A stretch of 64,000 nucleotides of DNA. Origin: Gammaproteobacteria bacterium (GTDB lineage: Bacteria > Pseudomonadota > Gammaproteobacteria > UBA6429 > Thiohalophilaceae). The notes under the pieces are model-generated. The model ran no database searches. It saw nothing but the letters and a program-made list of their open reading frames with translations, and had not been told where the DNA came from. The DNA is taken from NCBI GenBank assembly GCA_030617815.1, contig JAUWUS010000002.1, forward strand, positions 2,867 to 66,866. Direction: 5' to 3'. The translations under genes were made by a program, and so were the position numbers. Position 1 is the first letter of the stretch; each line of letters starts with the position of its first letter. Positions 60,962 to 64,000 of this stretch are shown here, in pieces.

Positions 60962-62095
60962 TTAACTTTTATATTTCTGAATCAATTCAATAAAATAATC
61001 AAATAACGGTGCAACATCATGCGGACCAGGGCTTGCTTCCGGATGACCTTGAAAACTAAAAGCAGGTACATCACTACGATGTATACCTTGCAAACTTTGA
61101 TCAAATAATGAGCGATGGGTTGCGACTAAATTATCTGGCAGCGTTTTTTCATCAACAGCAAAACCATGATTTTGACTGGTGATCATCACTTGCTTACCTT
61201 CAAGATCCTGTACCGGATGATTTGCACCGTGATGACCAAATTTCATTTTCATGGTTTTTGCGCCACTGGCAAGAGCCAGTAACTGGTGCCCTAAACAAAT
61301 TCCAAATGTTGGAATATTTGTCGGCAAAATTTCCTGAATCGCTTTAATCGCATAATCACACGGTTCCGGATCACCAGGACCATTTGAAAGAAAAACACCA
61401 TCGGGTTTCATTGCTAATACATCATTTGCGGGCGTTTGCGCGGGTACAACGGTTAAACGACAACCACGATCAACTAACATGCGCAGAATGTTACTTTTAA
61501 CACCAAAGTCATAAGCAACAACGTGGAAGGGTAATTCTTTTGAGTCTGCTGGCAGACCATTGGCTAAAGTCCAACTGCCCTGTTTCCATTCATACGGTGA
61601 ATCAGTGGTGACTTCTTTGGCTAAATCCGTACCTTTAAGGCCGGCAAAAGATTGTGCCTCTTTAATTGCCGCCGCCTCGTCTATGTTATCTCCTGCAACA
61701 ATACAGCCGCTTTGCGCACCTTTCTCACGCAAAATGCGTGTCAACTTACGCGTATCAATATCAGCAATAGCAACCACGCTGTTTATTTCCAAATAATCAT
61801 CTAAAGACTGCTCATTTCGCCAACTACTGGCAAGCAAAGGTAAATCACGGATAACAAGGCCGGCAGAATGAACCGCCGAGGACTCAGCATCTTCATTTGT
61901 AGTACCAACACTACCAATATGGGGATAAGTCAACGTGACGATTTGGCGAGCATATGATGGATCAGTGAGGATTTCCTGATATCCGGTCATGGCGGTATTA
62001 AATACCACCTCGCCGACAGTTTCACCTTCAATACCAATGGATTCACCGTAAAAGACAGTACCGTCTTCAAGCGCAAGTAGGGCCGGTTTTCTCAA
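60962..62095 (-). CDS. carA: Carbamoyl-phosphate synthase small subunit
   Basis: Glutaminase triad context GICLGHQ. The ORF-track ATG (62107) is itself part of a GGAGG SD. TTG at 62095, 6 nt downstream of that SD, gives (M)[11 protein letters not shown], colinear with E. coli MIKSALLVLEDG. Confidence 0.93.
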   Translation of the reverse strand: MRKPALLALEDGTVFYGESIGIEGETVGEVVFNTAMTGYQEILTDPSYARQIVTLTYPHIGSVGTTNEDAESSAVHSAGLVIRDLPLLASSWRNEQSLDDYLEINSVVAIADIDTRKLTRILREKGAQSGCIVAGDNIDEAAAIKEAQSFAGLKGTDLAKEVTTDSPYEWKQGSWTLANGLPADSKELPFHVVAYDFGVKSNILRMLVDRGCRLTVVPAQTPANDVLAMKPDGVFLSNGPGDPEPCDYAIKAIQEILPTNIPTFGICLGHQLLALASGAKTMKMKFGHHGANHPVQDLEGKQVMITSQNHGFAVDEKTLPDNLVATHRSLFDQSLQGIHRSDVPAFSFQGHPEASPGPHDVAPLFDYFIELIQKYKS

Positions 62096-62120
62096 GTAAA
62101 CCTCCATAAGACAGACGTGT

Positions 62121-62153
62121 AAAAAAGCGGGAGGCGCTTTGAACGCTCCCGCT
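62121..62153 (-). terminator. GC-rich hairpin plus T-run 25 nt upstream of carA (dapB terminator and/or carA attenuator)
   Basis: The minus strand reads agcgggagcg-ttcaaag-cgcctcccgct followed by tttttt. Confidence 0.7.
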
Positions 62154-62192
62154 AGGAATTAGGTGGTCAGAGATGTGTTTCAGACCGAGAGG

Positions 62193-62221
62193 ATTATACC
62201 CAAGGGCATGGAAAATTTCTA
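62193..62221 (-). promoter_or_regulatory. Candidate sigma-70 promoter for carAB
   Basis: The minus strand reads TAGAAA, then 17 nt, then TATAAT. It lies upstream of the hairpin at 62121-62153. Confidence 0.35.
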
Positions 62222-62236
62222 GATTGCTAGACGTAA

Positions 62237-63073
<837 letters not shown>

Positions 63074-63114
63074 TTATTAGTCGTAAATTAACCTGACTTT
63101 CCAAGCCATTCAGA

Positions 63115-63188
63115 TTAACGCAAAGAACGCGGAGGCGCAAAGAGCGCAGAGTAAATATTTAAAGTTGGAGAACTGTCTTTGCGTTAAA
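63115..63188. repeat. Inverted repeat ttaacgcaaaga / tctttgcgttaa enclosing CGCAAAGA/CGCAGAG-type iterated units
   Basis: The arms are at 63115-63126 and 63177-63188. The interior is cgcggaggcgcaaagagcgcagag, of the same flavour as the CACAGAGG element at 57139. Confidence 0.65.
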
Positions 63189-63216
63189 TCACTTAGTGAT
63201 ACCATGTAACACTAAA

Positions 63217-63272
63217 ATGAGTATTTTGAGATCGTTTTTCCCATAGGCACCCTTGAGGTGAACACCGCTGGA
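63217..63272. repeat. Second copy of the conserved module found at 42271-42327
   Basis: atgagtattttgagatcgtttttcccataggcacccttgaggtgaacaccgctggag. The 31-nt core (63233-63263) is identical to 42288-42318. It has the same orientation and the same context, just 3' of a minus-strand gene. Confidence 0.8.
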
Positions 63273-63298
63273 GCAAAGCTATTAGCCGTGAGGATATC

Positions 63299-64000
63299 TT
63301 ACGATTTCATGTCCTCGAAGAATTTTTTAACCCCATCCAGCCAATTCGATGCTTTAGGACTATGATTCACTTTATCTTCTTTAAGTGACTTATCGAATTC
63401 TTGTAACAACTCTTTTTGCTGTTTAGTCAAATTAACCGGTGTTTCAAGTACAACCCTACACATCAAATCACCTGTGCTACTACTTCGCACTGATTTCACA
63501 CCTTTGCCACGTAAACGAAACATTTTGCCCGTTTGTGTTTCAGCAGGAATTTTTAATTTTACCCGGCCATTTAAAGTTGGAACATCCAGTTCACCACCTA
63601 AACTTGCCGTAGTTAAAGCAATAGGTACTTCACAATATAAATCACTGCCATCACGCTGGAAAATTTTATGTTCACGTACTGATATCTGAACATATAAATC
63701 ACCTGCTGGCCCACCATTCTCTCCGGCTTCACCTTCACCAGAAAGACGAATACGATCACCGTTATCAACACCTGCAGGCACTTTTACGGATAAAGTTTTA
63801 TTTTTTTCTACACGCCCCTGACCCTTACATTTGCTACAAGGATCTGAAATCATTTTTCCATTGCCATGGCAAGTTGGGCAGGTTTGTTGCAAAGAAAAGA
63901 AACCTTGCTGCATACGTACCTGTCCCTGTCCACCACAAGTTGTACAGGTTGTTGGTTTGGTACCTTTTTTAGCACCACTACCGCCACATCCATCACAACT
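63299..64000 (-). CDS. dnaJ: Molecular chaperone DnaJ (C-terminal part; the 5' end lies beyond the window)
   Basis: The reading frame is open to position 64000. It contains CxxCxGxG zinc-finger repeats ([32 protein letters not shown]) and the C-terminal substrate-binding domains. Confidence 0.93.
   Translation of the reverse strand, partial: SCDGCGGSGAKKGTKPTTCTTCGGQGQVRMQQGFFSLQQTCPTCHGNGKMISDPCSKCKGQGRVEKNKTLSVKVPAGVDNGDRIRLSGEGEAGENGGPAGDLYVQISVREHKIFQRDGSDLYCEVPIALTTASLGGELDVPTLNGRVKLKIPAETQTGKMFRLRGKGVKSVRSSSTGDLMCRVVLETPVNLTKQQKELLQEFDKSLKEDKVNHSPKASNWLDGVKKFFEDMKS

Overview
Visibly AT-rich gammaproteobacterial chromosome segment that is overwhelmingly core housekeeping. I call about 57 CDS, roughly 50 of them on the minus strand, plus one tRNA-Leu(GAG). 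The conserved synteny blocks are as follows. (1) mfd. (2) def-sirB. (3) nagZ / L,D-transpeptidase / CYTH / rlmD / cysM. (4) acpS-pdxJ-recO-era-rnc-DUF4845-lepB-lepA, followed by a glutaredoxin-like gene, mucD/degP and rseCBA-rpoE, with nadB divergent. (5) sdhCDAB-sdhE-ygfX, with ygfZ divergent. (6) lysS-prfB-recJ-rpfE-like. (7) aminotransferase-hom-thrC. (8) rlmE-ftsH-folP-glmM-tpiA-secG-tRNA-Leu. (9) dnaJ-dapB-carA-carB-greA. prfB carries the classical programmed +1 frameshift, which the ORF track splits. I saw no CRISPR array, integrase, transposase, phage gene or recognisable defence or toxin cassette, and I do not see a convincing brand-new multi-gene system. The most accessory-looking parts are three. 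(a) A four-gene ABC ATPase / FtsX permease / LolA-like / outer-membrane barrel cluster at 4881-8869, of unknown substrate. (b) A three-gene secreted module directly downstream of tRNA-Leu at 46608-49469: an Ig/FN3-like lipoprotein, an S8 subtilase with a ~150 aa domain inserted before the catalytic Ser, and a stand-alone I9 propeptide-like lipoprotein. (c) An unusually rich set of structured intergenic repeats. These include a REPIN-like doublet, CACAGAGG-iterated inverted repeats, a 31-nt identical core shared by two 3' intergenic regions, a 103-bp structured insert flanked by a synonymous ghost copy of the lysS 3' end, and duplicated terminator units carrying an inverted tRNA-Leu fragment. 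All functional names come from reading motifs by eye in the translated ORFs. No database search was run.
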